A stretch of DNA of 64,000 bases from a virus: IMG/VR virus record IMGVR_UViG_3300009130_000002; one strand, 5' to 3'. The notes beneath the pieces are model-generated. The model was given only the letters and a program-made list of their open reading frames with translations, was not told where the DNA came from and did no database searches. The position numbers and the translations under genes are program-made. Positions 1 through 10,585 of the stretch are shown in pieces. Within the stretch, counting starts at the first letter, position 1. The number at the start of each line of letters is the position of its first letter.

Positions 1-2
1 CT

Positions 3-3000
3 AGTGCTTTTACCCCTTCAACCACAGCAGCTCCAATAGATGGACTCAATACACTATTTAAAGCGACAACTGATTATGACACATCAGATAGAATGCAAGA
101 TATCATTGGGTTTCACGGAAACGCAACAACTATTGAAAAGGGCTACTATTATACAGGAAACAATAGTTCAAATAATATATTGGTTGGCAATGCAGGAACT
201 GATTTTAATTTTGGCTCAGATAAGTTTACTATAGAATTTTCTGTTAAATTTGATGATGTAAGTCAATACATGGGAATTCTAAAAATTAAGCACCCTTCAG
301 AGAGTAGAAAATATCTAATTATAGATGCACCAGGACCAAACGCTAATGAAGGTTTAAGACTCTATGTAAATGATGGCAGTGGAAGTAACAATAGTTGGAA
401 AACCTATTGGGTTGCAGAACCAAATTTTGAAAACGACAAGTGGTATCATATCGCTATAGTAAGAGATGGAACTGGTTCAGGTGATTGGTATTTCTTTATC
501 AATGGAAAAGAGGAATCAAAATGGAAGCATCCAACTGTTGCTCCAGGGGATCACTATGCGCTAGCTATCCCAGATCTCACTGATGGGATCGAAATTGGGG
601 GCAATTCAGACAACTACATGATGGTCGGCAACATTACAGACATCAGAGTTTCTAAAGGTGTAGCTAGATACACTAGCAACTATAGTGCACCAGTAACAGC
701 AATTGATTCAGATCATAAACTCGTATTAAGTGGTGGAGCAGAAGACGAATCGGATTCCGCTCACACAATAACTTTTAATGGAACTTCAGATGTAGCAACA
801 AAGCGTGGAGATCGTTCTCTATATTTTGATGGGACCGGAGACTACGTTACTATCCCAAGTAGTTCAGATTTTGCACTAGGAACCGGAGATTTTACAATAG
901 AATGCTGGCTGAAATATGAAACTGCAGATACTTTCCCATATGTATTTGATTTTAGAGATGCAGGAGCACAAGGAGTATTCCCTACTTGCTATCTAAGAAG
1001 CGACGATGGTTACAAACCAGTATATTATGTTGATAGCGCACAAAGAATCACATCTTCTGTGAGTTTAACCATCGATACTTGGTATCATCTTGCAATTTCA
1101 AGAGTTAGCGGAACAACAACCATGTATTTGGATGGAGTAGATGTGGGTTCTTTTTCTGATTCTTATGATTATCAAGCAAGCCCTATAAGATTAGGGGCAT
1201 ATAGCAATGGTGATTATGAGTTAACAGGCTACATTAATGATTTTAGAGTTTCTAAAGGCACAGCTAGATATACTAGTGCTTTTGATCTTGAATCTGGAAC
1301 TGGTCTTTTGGATAAAAGTTCAAATTCTCACAGCATAACTCTGTCAGGGAATGCAGCATTAAGTACAGCAGAAAAGAAATTTGGAACACATTCCTTATAT
1401 TTTGCAGCAGACAATGATTACGTAGCCATCACAGATCATTCTGATCTCCAATTTGGAGCAGATGGAGACTTTACAGTTGAATGCTGGTTTAAAGTTCCTA
1501 ATATCACAGCCTATGCGCAGTATCTATGGATTAAACATGATAGTGGAGCATTCGCCAAATTTGGTATGCAAATACAAATTGATGGAACCTTAAGACTCCT
1601 TGCAGCTAACTCTAGCGACAATGCTTACTTAGCGCTTGCTGCAACTTCTGGTCATGCAGCTCTTGATGACAATGAATGGCATCACTGTGCTTTAACTAGA
1701 TCTAGCGGAACAACTAAAATCTGGGTAGACGGCACAGAAAGAATGTCAACTACAGATGCGTATAATCCTAGTTTTGCAGGGCACAACTTCAATATTGGAG
1801 GAACTCCTCTTAATGTATACACAGGCTTAATCAATGGTTATGTTGATGATTTTAGAATTTCAGATACGGCAAGATACACTAGTAACTTCTATCTTGATGC
1901 AGTAACTTATCCTAGTGATCAAAGTTCAAATTCCCATAGTGTAACTCTGTCAGGAAATGCAGCTTTAAGTACAGCTCAAAAGAAATTTGGAACATATTCT
2001 TTATCATTTGATGGCAATGGAGACTATGTCTCTATTGCTGATTCAGATGACTTCCAATTAACAGGTGATTTTACAATTGAAACTTGGGTACGCTTTAATG
2101 CAATTCAAGATTCCTGGTTTGCATGTCAAGCTGTAAACGACAACAATGCATGGGCCTTTGGTTATATGAATTCTGGAAATGGTTTAACATTTAAACATGC
2201 AGAAGGAAGCTGGGGAAGCCCAACAATCCTGGTAGAAGGAGCATGGACCCCATCTACAGGACAATGGTATCATGTTGCAGTTACAAGAAGCGGAAATGAT
2301 TTCAAGTTATTTGTCGATGGCACGCAGGTAGGTAGCACAGTTACAGACACCACTGCTTTTGCAAACTTTGGAGCCCCTGTAGTCTTAGGAGTCTGGGGGA
2401 CAGGTAGTTATTCAGGAAGTCCACTTAATGGATACCTTGATGACTTCCGTATTTCTAGCAGTGCAAGATATACTTCTGCATTTCTAATAGAGGATACAAA
2501 GACACCTCTAGATAAGAAAGGGAATCACACCTTAACTCTTAATGGAGATGCATTGATTACTTCTTCAGGTTCTACAGGTTCTAATGAAAATACCAAGTTT
2601 GGTACAGGAGCTATATATTTTGATGGAAGTGGAGATTATATTTCTACAAGCTCCATGACACTTGATGGGGATTTTACAGTTGAAGCATGGATTAAACCAA
2701 CAACAGCGAACCTGTGTAAGCTAATGACTATTGGAGATATTAAGCAAACTAGTGGTTTTGAACTTTTTAGAGGCGGTGGAACTCCAAGTCTTCGAGTCGA
2801 TACCGGTAACGGGACTGTAAATTCACTGCTCATTCAGGGCTCTGAAGATGTGACTGTAAACTCATGGCAACATGTTGCAGTTGTAAGAAGTGGCTCAACT
2901 TTGACTTTATATAAAGATGGGGTTTCAATTGGATCTACAACTAATTCTGCTACCTTCAGTGGAACACTAATTATTGGAGGAGAATGGTTTGATGGAGCAC

Positions 3001-4661
3001 TCAACGGATCAATGACTGGTTATATGGATGAATTCCGTATCTCAACAAGTGCTCGTTATACAGCAAACTTTACTCCTCAATCAGTAGAACATGATTTGAT
3101 TGATGTTAAAGGTTGGGGTAGCCCAGTTCTTGGAAGCGGAGAAAGAGCACTCTTTGTAAATAAGAATGGTCTTGTAATGAAATCTTCTGATGGAACACTT
3201 ACCAAATTAGATACAACCTCTATAGCTGGAAGGAAACTAAAAGAAGGTGACGAACCTGCTGCAACCGCAGATACAAGTACATTATTATTGCTACACTTTG
3301 AAGGAGATAATAACTCTCAAACGTTTGTAGATTCTTCTAACTATGGACATACTGTAGAAGCAAGAATTGAAAATGGAACCGCAACTGATGTTAAGATGGT
3401 AACCAGCAATAAGAAAATTGGTACCTCTTCTGCATATTTTGATGGAAACTCAGAAGTCTTAAGAGTTGCAGGAAATTCTGCCTTTCAATTAGGAACTGGA
3501 GATTTCACAATAGAAACATGGTATAAGCAGCCAAATGATGGCGGTGAAGATTATGTGTTCGTACTTGGAAGCACGGGAGACTGGGTTATCTTAGCCTCAT
3601 ATATTTCCGGAGGAAATGTATTTTGGGGATATCTCAATGGTTCATCATGGGTTGATACGGTGACCACCTCTGGACAAACTGTCACAGACAATGAATGGCA
3701 TCATATTGCATATGTTAGAGCGTCAGGAACAATGACAATCTATATCGATGGAATTGCTCGTGGAAGTGTGGCTTCTACACATAACTTAACAACAATAATG
3801 GGTTCTGAACCTTTATGGATTGGTGGTTATTATGGAGGAGGAAATCAAGGTCCAAATGTTTACATGGATGAATTTAGATTTTCAGATACTGCTAGATATA
3901 CTGGAGCTTTTACACCCTCAACAACTGCCTTCAAAGTGGCAGGGAAGCCAGCATTATATGTAGCTGCAGGAGAGGACAGTAATACAAAAGCAGCCCTGAT
4001 AGGAGACTCTTTAACTTGTCTTACTGGAAAAACTCTTGCAGATACAGATGCTACGGTTGATACATCAGAAAAGCATTTTGGAGACAGCAGCTTAAAGTGG
4101 CAAAGTTCACAGACCAACTTCTTAAAGTATGATGATCATGATGATTTTCATATTGGAACTGGCGACTTTACAATCGAGGCTTGGATCAAGCCTACATTTG
4201 GAGTTGTTGAACCAATTTCATTCATGTTTGATGGAACCACTAACAATAGATTCGCATTCTATGGGCAGGGAGGAAAGCTAATCTTCTTCTACGTTGAAGG
4301 GGGTTCTTCACAAATTGAATTTAATGCAGGAGCAAGCAGCTTTACCAATAACACTTGGCAGCATGTAGCTATTGTTAGAAGTTCAGGAGACTGGTCAATT
4401 TATGTTGATGGAGTAGCTAAATCACTAACCTTTTCAAACGGAAGTCAAGGTGATGCTCCAAACATTCAGAACTTTGATCGAGGAATGTACATTGGCTATC
4501 AATATTCAGGAAGTCACTGGTATCTTGATGCAAATATTCAGAACTGGAGATTTAGTAAAACCGCTAGGTATACTTCAAACTTTACACCTTCCACAGAGTC
4601 CTTTGACTCAGGTGGATTAATTTATAGAGACCCCAGTGGTGTCAAAACAAAAATTAGCTAA
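3..4661 (+). CDS. Giant LamG/concanavalin-A-like repeat protein, probable tail fibre/receptor-binding protein (5' truncated by window edge)
   Basis: Seven LamG-type repeats (FTIE.W...W.H.A..R...Y.DG...G..D.FR.S..ARYT). The frame is open from base 3 (SAFTPSTTA..., itself a repeat tail), so the Met at 93 is probably not the true start. Confidence 0.85.
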   Translation, partial: SAFTPSTTAAPIDGLNTLFKATTDYDTSDRMQDIIGFHGNATTIEKGYYYTGNNSSNNILVGNAGTDFNFGSDKFTIEFSVKFDDVSQYMGILKIKHPSESRKYLIIDAPGPNANEGLRLYVNDGSGSNNSWKTYWVAEPNFENDKWYHIAIVRDGTGSGDWYFFINGKEESKWKHPTVAPGDHYALAIPDLTDGIEIGGNSDNYMMVGNITDIRVSKGVARYTSNYSAPVTAIDSDHKLVLSGGAEDESDSAHTITFNGTSDVATKRGDRSLYFDGTGDYVTIPSSSDFALGTGDFTIECWLKYETADTFPYVFDFRDAGAQGVFPTCYLRSDDGYKPVYYVDSAQRITSSVSLTIDTWYHLAISRVSGTTTMYLDGVDVGSFSDSYDYQASPIRLGAYSNGDYELTGYINDFRVSKGTARYTSAFDLESGTGLLDKSSNSHSITLSGNAALSTAEKKFGTHSLYFAADNDYVAITDHSDLQFGADGDFTVECWFKVPNITAYAQYLWIKHDSGAFAKFGMQIQIDGTLRLLAANSSDNAYLALAATSGHAALDDNEWHHCALTRSSGTTKIWVDGTERMSTTDAYNPSFAGHNFNIGGTPLNVYTGLINGYVDDFRISDTARYTSNFYLDAVTYPSDQSSNSHSVTLSGNAALSTAQKKFGTYSLSFDGNGDYVSIADSDDFQLTGDFTIETWVRFNAIQDSWFACQAVNDNNAWAFGYMNSGNGLTFKHAEGSWGSPTILVEGAWTPSTGQWYHVAVTRSGNDFKLFVDGTQVGSTVTDTTAFANFGAPVVLGVWGTGSYSGSPLNGYLDDFRISSSARYTSAFLIEDTKTPLDKKGNHTLTLNGDALITSSGSTGSNENTKFGTGAIYFDGSGDYISTSSMTLDGDFTVEAWIKPTTANLCKLMTIGDIKQTSGFELFRGGGTPSLRVDTGNGTVNSLLIQGSEDVTVNSWQHVAVVRSGSTLTLYKDGVSIGSTTNSATFSGTLIIGGEWFDGALNGSMTGYMDEFRISTSARYTANFTPQSVEHDLIDVKGWGSPVLGSGERALFVNKNGLVMKSSDGTLTKLDTTSIAGRKLKEGDEPAATADTSTLLLLHFEGDNNSQTFVDSSNYGHTVEARIENGTATDVKMVTSNKKIGTSSAYFDGNSEVLRVAGNSAFQLGTGDFTIETWYKQPNDGGEDYVFVLGSTGDWVILASYISGGNVFWGYLNGSSWVDTVTTSGQTVTDNEWHHIAYVRASGTMTIYIDGIARGSVASTHNLTTIMGSEPLWIGGYYGGGNQGPNVYMDEFRFSDTARYTGAFTPSTTAFKVAGKPALYVAAGEDSNTKAALIGDSLTCLTGKTLADTDATVDTSEKHFGDSSLKWQSSQTNFLKYDDHDDFHIGTGDFTIEAWIKPTFGVVEPISFMFDGTTNNRFAFYGQGGKLIFFYVEGGSSQIEFNAGASSFTNNTWQHVAIVRSSGDWSIYVDGVAKSLTFSNGSQGDAPNIQNFDRGMYIGYQYSGSHWYLDANIQNWRFSKTARYTSNFTPSTESFDSGGLIYRDPSGVKTKIS
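1315..1999 (+). repeat. Direct repeat inside the LamG gene (1315-1393 vs 1921-1999)
   Basis: 79-nt copies with 9 mismatches counted by eye; encode KSSNSHSITLSGNAALSTAEKKFGTHS / QSSNSHSVTLSGNAALSTAQKKFGTYS. Confidence 0.85.
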
Positions 4662-4679
4662 TTAGGAGGACAAATTAGA

Positions 4680-5750
4680 ATGGCAAATTTTCCAACATCA
4701 CCCGCAGTAGGTGAACAATTTTCAACAAGCAAGGTAACCTACAGATGGAATGGGTCTGCTTGGGACATCGTAGAGGGTGTCAAACAAGGGACAATACAAG
4801 ATAACGGCAGCCCAGTAGGAAGCTTGCAGTTTACAGAAGGTAACGAGCCTGATACTGTAGCAAATTCTTCAAGCATTTATGCCACCTCTAGTGGTATGTT
4901 TGTTAAGAATTCTTCAGGAACAGTGTCCCCACTAATAGCTGGTGCAAGTGCAACTACTACGAGTGTAGAGCTTCCAACTATAACTTCAGCTCCAAGTGGA
5001 ATTGATTCAACAGGACAAATGGTTCACTGGGATAGAAGTGGAGAAAGTACACCCGATGGAAACGTAAAACTATTGCTCACAGGAGATACATCTACTGACG
5101 GCTCTCAGTCTAGTCACAGTATTAGCTATAATGGCAGCACAACAACAAGTACTGAACAAGCTAAATATGGCTCTAAATCTATAAAATTTAGTGGAAGCAC
5201 AGTTTCAATAGCAGATTCCGAAGATTGGAATTTTGGTTCAGGAGACTGGACAGCTGAATGTTGGGTTTATCTGAACGGTACTGGAGGACAAGGGATAATT
5301 AACCAATCTAATCCAGGTGCTAGCTCTAATTCCTCTATGATTATTTGGCTTGATGGAACTGTTGGTATCTATGTTAGCTCTGGAGCTGGTTGGACATACA
5401 ACAATATAAATTCAAATAGTCTTAGTAGTGGTCAATGGATTCATCTTGCAGCTGTTAGATATGGCACATCACTAAAGATGTATGTCAATGGAACGGCAAC
5501 TTCAGATACGACTCTTCCAAGCAACTGGTCTTTAGGTAATTCTTCTTTAGCATTTGAATTAGGAGCACAGGCTGGAGGATCACCTCTCAGCGGATACATG
5601 GATGATGTCCGTATCACAAAAGCAGCACAATATACAGGAAACTTCACCCCTCCAACAGCGCAGCTAACTGCAAGCACAGCTGGAGGAACAAGTGGACTTT
5701 ATTACGTAGCTCCTGACGGAACAGCAACCTTAATTAAGGAAGATTCATAA
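4680..5750 (+). CDS. LamG-domain virion/tail fibre protein
   Basis: N-terminal MANFPTSP...YRWNGSAW motif typical of phage fibre proteins, plus one LamG repeat; preceded by AGGAGG. Confidence 0.8.
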   Translation: MANFPTSPAVGEQFSTSKVTYRWNGSAWDIVEGVKQGTIQDNGSPVGSLQFTEGNEPDTVANSSSIYATSSGMFVKNSSGTVSPLIAGASATTTSVELPTITSAPSGIDSTGQMVHWDRSGESTPDGNVKLLLTGDTSTDGSQSSHSISYNGSTTTSTEQAKYGSKSIKFSGSTVSIADSEDWNFGSGDWTAECWVYLNGTGGQGIINQSNPGASSNSSMIIWLDGTVGIYVSSGAGWTYNNINSNSLSSGQWIHLAAVRYGTSLKMYVNGTATSDTTLPSNWSLGNSSLAFELGAQAGGSPLSGYMDDVRITKAAQYTGNFTPPTAQLTASTAGGTSGLYYVAPDGTATLIKEDS

Positions 5751-5908
5751 TGTTTGAGGGTCTACCACTAACTATCTTTCATGCTACAGTGGTATTGCTT
5801 GGGGGAGTTGTGTTACTCGGCTTTAAATTTCTTGTCGATGTAACACGCTCTCCCAGACCCAGACCTATTAAAGTAAGGAGGAACCCTAATGAGCGCAAAA
5901 GAATGTGA
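5750..5908 (+). CDS. Small membrane protein (52 aa, not in ORF track)
   Basis: TAATG overlap with the upstream stop; MFEGLPLTIFHATVVLLGGVVLLGFKFLV hydrophobic stretch followed by a basic tail. Confidence 0.55.
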   Translation: MFEGLPLTIFHATVVLLGGVVLLGFKFLVDVTRSPRPRPIKVRRNPNERKRM

Positions 5909-5984
5909 ATGTAGTTGCGTTACTACTGAATGTTGCAAGGCAGGAACTTGCGAATGTTGTTCAGAAGTATGCTGCTGCGAATAG
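5889..5984 (+). CDS. Metallothionein-like Cys-rich peptide (31 aa, 11 Cys; not in ORF track)
   Basis: MSAKECECSCVTTECCKAGTCECCSEVCCCE*; strong SD AAGGAGG upstream; fills the gap up to the next gene at 5988. Confidence 0.7.
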   Translation: MSAKECECSCVTTECCKAGTCECCSEVCCCE

Positions 5985-5987
5985 GGA

Positions 5988-6578
5988 ATGGCAAAGAAAC
6001 CATTCGTCGCCCATAGACTAAAAATAAATACTACAGAGATTTCTTCCGATAGAGATCTTTCCCCTAGTATCAATTTCTCAAACAAAATTACAGGAACTTA
6101 CCCGGATGATGGCTTTAAAGTTGGTTACGATAGTGACGACTGCAAGGCCTTTATTCATATAGATGAGTGCGCAGGATTTAAGATCCACATACATCATAAG
6201 GATAGATTTGTAATATCTGATAAAGGTAATATAGGTATAGGGAGACAGCCGACAAACTGTCTACTTCATATAGGAGGTAGCTTAGGCTTGCAATACAAAG
6301 GAATAGATGACAGCCTATATACAATAGAAGGAAAAGACTGTATCATAGGTATAGAGAAGGTTAAGCATAATAACGTAGAGATTACGATACCTAACTCAGA
6401 GAATATAAAAGGTCGAGTTCTTATAATAAAAGACGAAGAAGGACAGGCCAGTCAATATCCAATAACAATAAGAGCAGAAACTCCAAGCTCAATCAATAAT
6501 AAGTTTGAAGTTCATATACAAGAAGACTATGGTAGTCTAACTGTATATTGCAATGGGAGTGACTGGTTCAAAATATAA
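5988..6578 (+). CDS. Probable virion structural/tail-associated protein
   Basis: GNIGIGRQPTNCLLHIGG resembles the GNVGIGT..P...LHV fibre repeat; GRVLIIKDE motif. Confidence 0.5.
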   Translation: MAKKPFVAHRLKINTTEISSDRDLSPSINFSNKITGTYPDDGFKVGYDSDDCKAFIHIDECAGFKIHIHHKDRFVISDKGNIGIGRQPTNCLLHIGGSLGLQYKGIDDSLYTIEGKDCIIGIEKVKHNNVEITIPNSENIKGRVLIIKDEEGQASQYPITIRAETPSSINNKFEVHIQEDYGSLTVYCNGSDWFKI

Positions 6579-6604
6579 AGGAATTACAATGAAGGAATTG
6601 GGTC

Positions 6605-6913
6605 ATGGATATCCTAGAGATGGCATTTGGACTGCTAGGTATGATCATATTTTTTTCCTTTATTGTTGTAATGAGGGTCCTTGGCATACTATCAAGGACA
6701 CACATCAGGCACACAAAGGATGTGACACAGTTGAAAACTCATGAAAAGATAAACGATTTAAACTTTAAGACTCAGGTAGTGGTACATGTCACTGGGTCTG
6801 TAAAGAATAGTGAAAGCGCAGCCCAGATCACACATGATATAGAGGCGGCCTTAAAAGATATCATAAAAGATATAGATGTTAGTGTGAAAGTAAGAGTAGA
6901 AAAGATTGATTAA
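6605..6913 (+). CDS. Hypothetical membrane protein
   Basis: N-terminal hydrophobic helix; AAGGA SD. Confidence 0.6.
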   Translation: MDILEMAFGLLGMIIFFSFIVVMRVLGILSRTHIRHTKDVTQLKTHEKINDLNFKTQVVVHVTGSVKNSESAAQITHDIEAALKDIIKDIDVSVKVRVEKID

Positions 6914-6986
6914 CCCTTGCATCCCGCAAGTAGATCAACTAGATTAGAAACACAAGCTGCCAATGCTTTTTAAAGAAAGGAATTGC

Positions 6987-7865
6987 ATGGCCTACGATAA
7001 TTATGATTTGTTCGGACACGTTGACGAACATTTAACCCGCCCTAAATTCAAAGCTCCCCGAGCTAAAAACTTTTACCCCTCAGAAGCCTCAGTCGTTACT
7101 TATGATCAACATGGAGATAGAGTTGTTCATGGTGGATGTATGCGTGCTGCATACTTTAGGTGCAGTAGCCATGAGTTTGAAAGAATTCCAAATAGTGCCA
7201 GATCTGAGTACATTTTCAAACAAGGAATTGGTGTTGAAAAGATTCTAATTGATCTCTGGAAAGAGATGGGAATCTGGGTAGACAATAATGTAAAGTTTGT
7301 TGATGCTGAAGCTGGAATCTCAGGAGAGCTAGATGCTCTACTGATGGAACCAGATGGAACTGTATATGGTGCAGAGGTAAAGTCTTTCTATGGATACTTT
7401 GCAGAGAAAGAACTCTTTGGGAATAGAAGCACTAAGGCATTTCCAAAAATGCCTCATTTATTACAGACACTTATTTATCTGAACTTCTTTAAGGACAGGC
7501 TTCCCTACTTCAGAATCGTTTACTTTGCTAGAGACTCTGTAAAAAGACGTACCTTCAAGGTTGAACTTCATGAAGAAGGAGATATTATCTATCCGAAGGT
7601 TGAAGGGGAAGTCGTTCGATCATTTACAGTTAATGATATTTATAACAGATATCAAGAGTTACAAACCTTTTTAGATAATGACTTAGTTCCACCAAATGAT
7701 TTTGAATTATTTTATTCAAATGAAAAGATAGAGGACTTCTATAAAAAAGGTAAAGTTGCAAAAACTAAATATGCAAAGTGGAAAGCTGGAAAGCTAGGAC
7801 CACATGAGCAAATTGGTGATTGGAATTGCAGCTACTGTGCTTTTAAAAATGTTTGCTGGTCTTAA
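6987..7865 (+). CDS. PD-(D/E)XK exonuclease, Cas4/AddB-like
   Basis: SGELDALL...GAEVKS catalytic motif, Q..IY motif, C-terminal CSYCAFKNVC; start moved to the Met after GAAAGGA. Confidence 0.75.
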   Translation: MAYDNYDLFGHVDEHLTRPKFKAPRAKNFYPSEASVVTYDQHGDRVVHGGCMRAAYFRCSSHEFERIPNSARSEYIFKQGIGVEKILIDLWKEMGIWVDNNVKFVDAEAGISGELDALLMEPDGTVYGAEVKSFYGYFAEKELFGNRSTKAFPKMPHLLQTLIYLNFFKDRLPYFRIVYFARDSVKRRTFKVELHEEGDIIYPKVEGEVVRSFTVNDIYNRYQELQTFLDNDLVPPNDFELFYSNEKIEDFYKKGKVAKTKYAKWKAGKLGPHEQIGDWNCSYCAFKNVCWS

Positions 7866-7880
7866 CCAGGGGAGTATTCC

Positions 7881-10343
7881 ATGAAAATTGAAAACTATGA
7901 GGAAGTGATTGAAAAAATCCTTCCACACCTACCAGAGTATCTAGATGAGCAGGGAATAGATCCCTCTAAATTATTTTGCTGCATAAATCCAGCACATGAT
8001 GACAAGAACCCTTCTTCGGGAGTGGTTCCTGGAGAAGATGTATTCCATTGCTTCTCTTGTGGTGCCTCAGGAAACATCTTTCATGCTGCACATTACCTAG
8101 AGAATAAGCCTCTAGTGGGTGTTGGTTTCATAACTGAGAACCTAGCATATCTTGCTGAGAAATACGGCTTAGAATTAAAGCATAAGCCTCTCACAGAGGA
8201 AGAGATCTATGAACTAGATACGTATCGAGCATATCAGAATGCATGCGACTACCTCACCATGGGCAACAAACCAGAGTTATTCGATCAAGCAATCGTAGAG
8301 CGTGGTTGGTCAGAGGATATCTGCAAAGAATATGGTGTAGGGAGTATTGGAAGCTACAGAGACTTCAGAGAACACATGAAGGATCTAGGCTTCACAGCAA
8401 GGTTCCAAGATGATGTAGACTTGGGCAGAAAAGAAATCTTTGGACCAGACAGGCTTGTCTTTACCATCAAAGATCCTGGTGGAAGAGCTGTCGGCTTTGC
8501 CTCTAGAAATCTAGAATACAAAGAAGATAGATCTAACGGTGCCAAGTATGTGAATCAAAAACATACAGGTGTTAAGTGTAATATCTACAAAAAGAGTACT
8601 CGTTTATACGGATTGGATTGTCTCCTTAAGAAGCGCAAGAAGGGTAAGCAATCAGTATATATATTTGAAGGTTATTCTGATGTAATTACTGCAGCTCAAC
8701 ATGGGCTTAAGAATACAGTAGGCCTTGGGGGTACAGCATTTAGTCTGGATCAATTGTTTTTACTTAAACAATACAATCTTTATGACATTATCTTGTGCTT
8801 AGATGGAGATGAGGCTGGACAGAATCGTATTGAATCTATTCTAGATACAACACTAGCAGGTCACAAAGACTTGAGAGTTCACATCATAATGATCCCTGAC
8901 GGTAAGGATCCTGATGAATTCATTAGAGAACAAGGTGTTGAAGAGTTTAAAAAGCTCAGAAAATGGACAGCTTTCGAGTGGAGATTGTCCAGGTTTGCAG
9001 AGGATGAAGACGAAGAGATCATCTGCAAGAATATGATCCCCCTTATTGTTAATGAGACCTCTTATATTGCACAAGAAAAAATGTGCGAGATCTTAGCGAA
9101 AGCCACAGGCATTAGCATCAAGGCAATTCAGTCAGAGCTGGAACGTCTACAAAACATTAGAGAAGCTGAGAAAGCTAGAGAACGTCAGAATATTACTGAC
9201 AAGATGGTCAACTTAATCCAGAGAGACCCATCACAAATTGAATTTGTATTACAGGATGCACTTAATGATTTATACAACTTGGCAAATAAATATGATGAAG
9301 ATAATTTCTCCGAACAATCCTGTCTTTCACTTGTCAGAGGAAGAAGAGAATACGAAGAAGCTAAAGATGGAAGCTTTAGTGGCTTTGTTTTGGGCCAGGA
9401 TTTAAAAAGACTAGAAAATGCACTAGCTGGAGACTGGAAAAAAGATGTTTGGTTTTGTCTGGGAGGGAATCCCAACGCAGGAAAGACAAGTTTTCTATGT
9501 AAAATGGCATTTGAAATTGCAAGACATAAAAAACAAAACGATGCATTGGTTATCTATCATAGCATTGACGATACAGCTGAGCAGCTTATACCTAAGTTTG
9601 TTTCTATTGCAGAAGGAAGCAGAGAGTTAACACTGAATCAGGTTATGGATCCTAATTACTATCTTAGAACTGGATATGGAGATGAGCTTTTAGAGAAAAG
9701 AGATATGGGATATAATGTATTTGAATCACTTATCGATGATGGAAGAATCATTCTTAGGGATGCAAACAATGGGAATAGTTTGTCCTATGCGGATGCACAG
9801 ATCCGACACTTTAAAAATAAGTATCCCAACAGAAACATTGTTTATATCTTAGATAACTTTCACAAGCTTCACGACTTTGGTGGTGGAGGAGATGAACGTG
9901 TTCGTTTCAAAAAGGTAAGTAACATGATGAAGAACTTGGCAACCAAGCATCACATCGCAGTTATCACTACTATTGAATACAGAAAGACACAGGGTGGTCG
10001 TAAGGCTACCAATGAAGATATCTCTGAGACAAAACAAATAGAATATGATGCCAACATCATTGCCCACTTGCACAATGAGGTGCATGAAAAGGGAGATGAT
10101 GCAGCAAAATTTCACACAGCTTTAGTTGAAGGTAATCCAGTACGAATGCCAATTATTGAATTAAATATTGGTAAAAATAAAGTAAGTGGATTTAAAAACA
10201 AACTATGGTTTGAATTCTACCCGGACTATTCAGACTTTAAGAATATAGACGAGAGCATTATTCTCGCTAAAGAAGCAGAGGCCGAAGAGAATGCAGCCAC
10301 TAGTTATGAGAAAGCAGGAGAAAGGAATAGTTTATTCGGATGA
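7881..10343 (+). CDS. Fused DNA primase-helicase (CHC2 Zn finger + TOPRIM + DnaB-like SF4 helicase)
   Basis: CINPAHDDKNPS...HCFSC; FEGYSDV, DGDEAG, KDPDE TOPRIM motifs; Walker A GNPNAGKTS; IEYDA and IGKNK helicase motifs. Confidence 0.92.
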   Translation: MKIENYEEVIEKILPHLPEYLDEQGIDPSKLFCCINPAHDDKNPSSGVVPGEDVFHCFSCGASGNIFHAAHYLENKPLVGVGFITENLAYLAEKYGLELKHKPLTEEEIYELDTYRAYQNACDYLTMGNKPELFDQAIVERGWSEDICKEYGVGSIGSYRDFREHMKDLGFTARFQDDVDLGRKEIFGPDRLVFTIKDPGGRAVGFASRNLEYKEDRSNGAKYVNQKHTGVKCNIYKKSTRLYGLDCLLKKRKKGKQSVYIFEGYSDVITAAQHGLKNTVGLGGTAFSLDQLFLLKQYNLYDIILCLDGDEAGQNRIESILDTTLAGHKDLRVHIIMIPDGKDPDEFIREQGVEEFKKLRKWTAFEWRLSRFAEDEDEEIICKNMIPLIVNETSYIAQEKMCEILAKATGISIKAIQSELERLQNIREAEKARERQNITDKMVNLIQRDPSQIEFVLQDALNDLYNLANKYDEDNFSEQSCLSLVRGRREYEEAKDGSFSGFVLGQDLKRLENALAGDWKKDVWFCLGGNPNAGKTSFLCKMAFEIARHKKQNDALVIYHSIDDTAEQLIPKFVSIAEGSRELTLNQVMDPNYYLRTGYGDELLEKRDMGYNVFESLIDDGRIILRDANNGNSLSYADAQIRHFKNKYPNRNIVYILDNFHKLHDFGGGGDERVRFKKVSNMMKNLATKHHIAVITTIEYRKTQGGRKATNEDISETKQIEYDANIIAHLHNEVHEKGDDAAKFHTALVEGNPVRMPIIELNIGKNKVSGFKNKLWFEFYPDYSDFKNIDESIILAKEAEAEENAATSYEKAGERNSLFG

Positions 10344-10585
10344 AAGATTTTAGAGTCAAACTAATGTTCATTGGCCTATTGGCAGCCATTGCACTAGCAT
10401 GGGGTGTAGCCAACTATGTACCCTCTATTATAGAGGCACAACAGCAATGCGTATCACCTAGAGTCATAGACGATATGTCAAAAGAACTTATGATCTGTTA
10501 TGAAAATATAGATAGATGCAATAAGTATTTTGAAGCATGTGTTAATACTTATTTGGGCTTAGATCCAAAAGAGGTAGTTCCATGA
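10340..10585 (+). CDS. Hypothetical protein with N-terminal TM/signal
   Basis: ATGA overlap; hydrophobic N-terminus. Confidence 0.55.
   Translation: MKDFRVKLMFIGLLAAIALAWGVANYVPSIIEAQQQCVSPRVIDDMSKELMICYENIDRCNKYFEACVNTYLGLDPKEVVP

Noticed and set aside
5813-6085. 90-aa - strand ORF and other antisense ORFs in the track (e.g. 2636-2833, 9185-9475, 11105-11560, 19165-19584, 37974-38477)
   Set aside because: They are shadows of well-supported genes on the opposite strand, with no SD or recognisable motifs.
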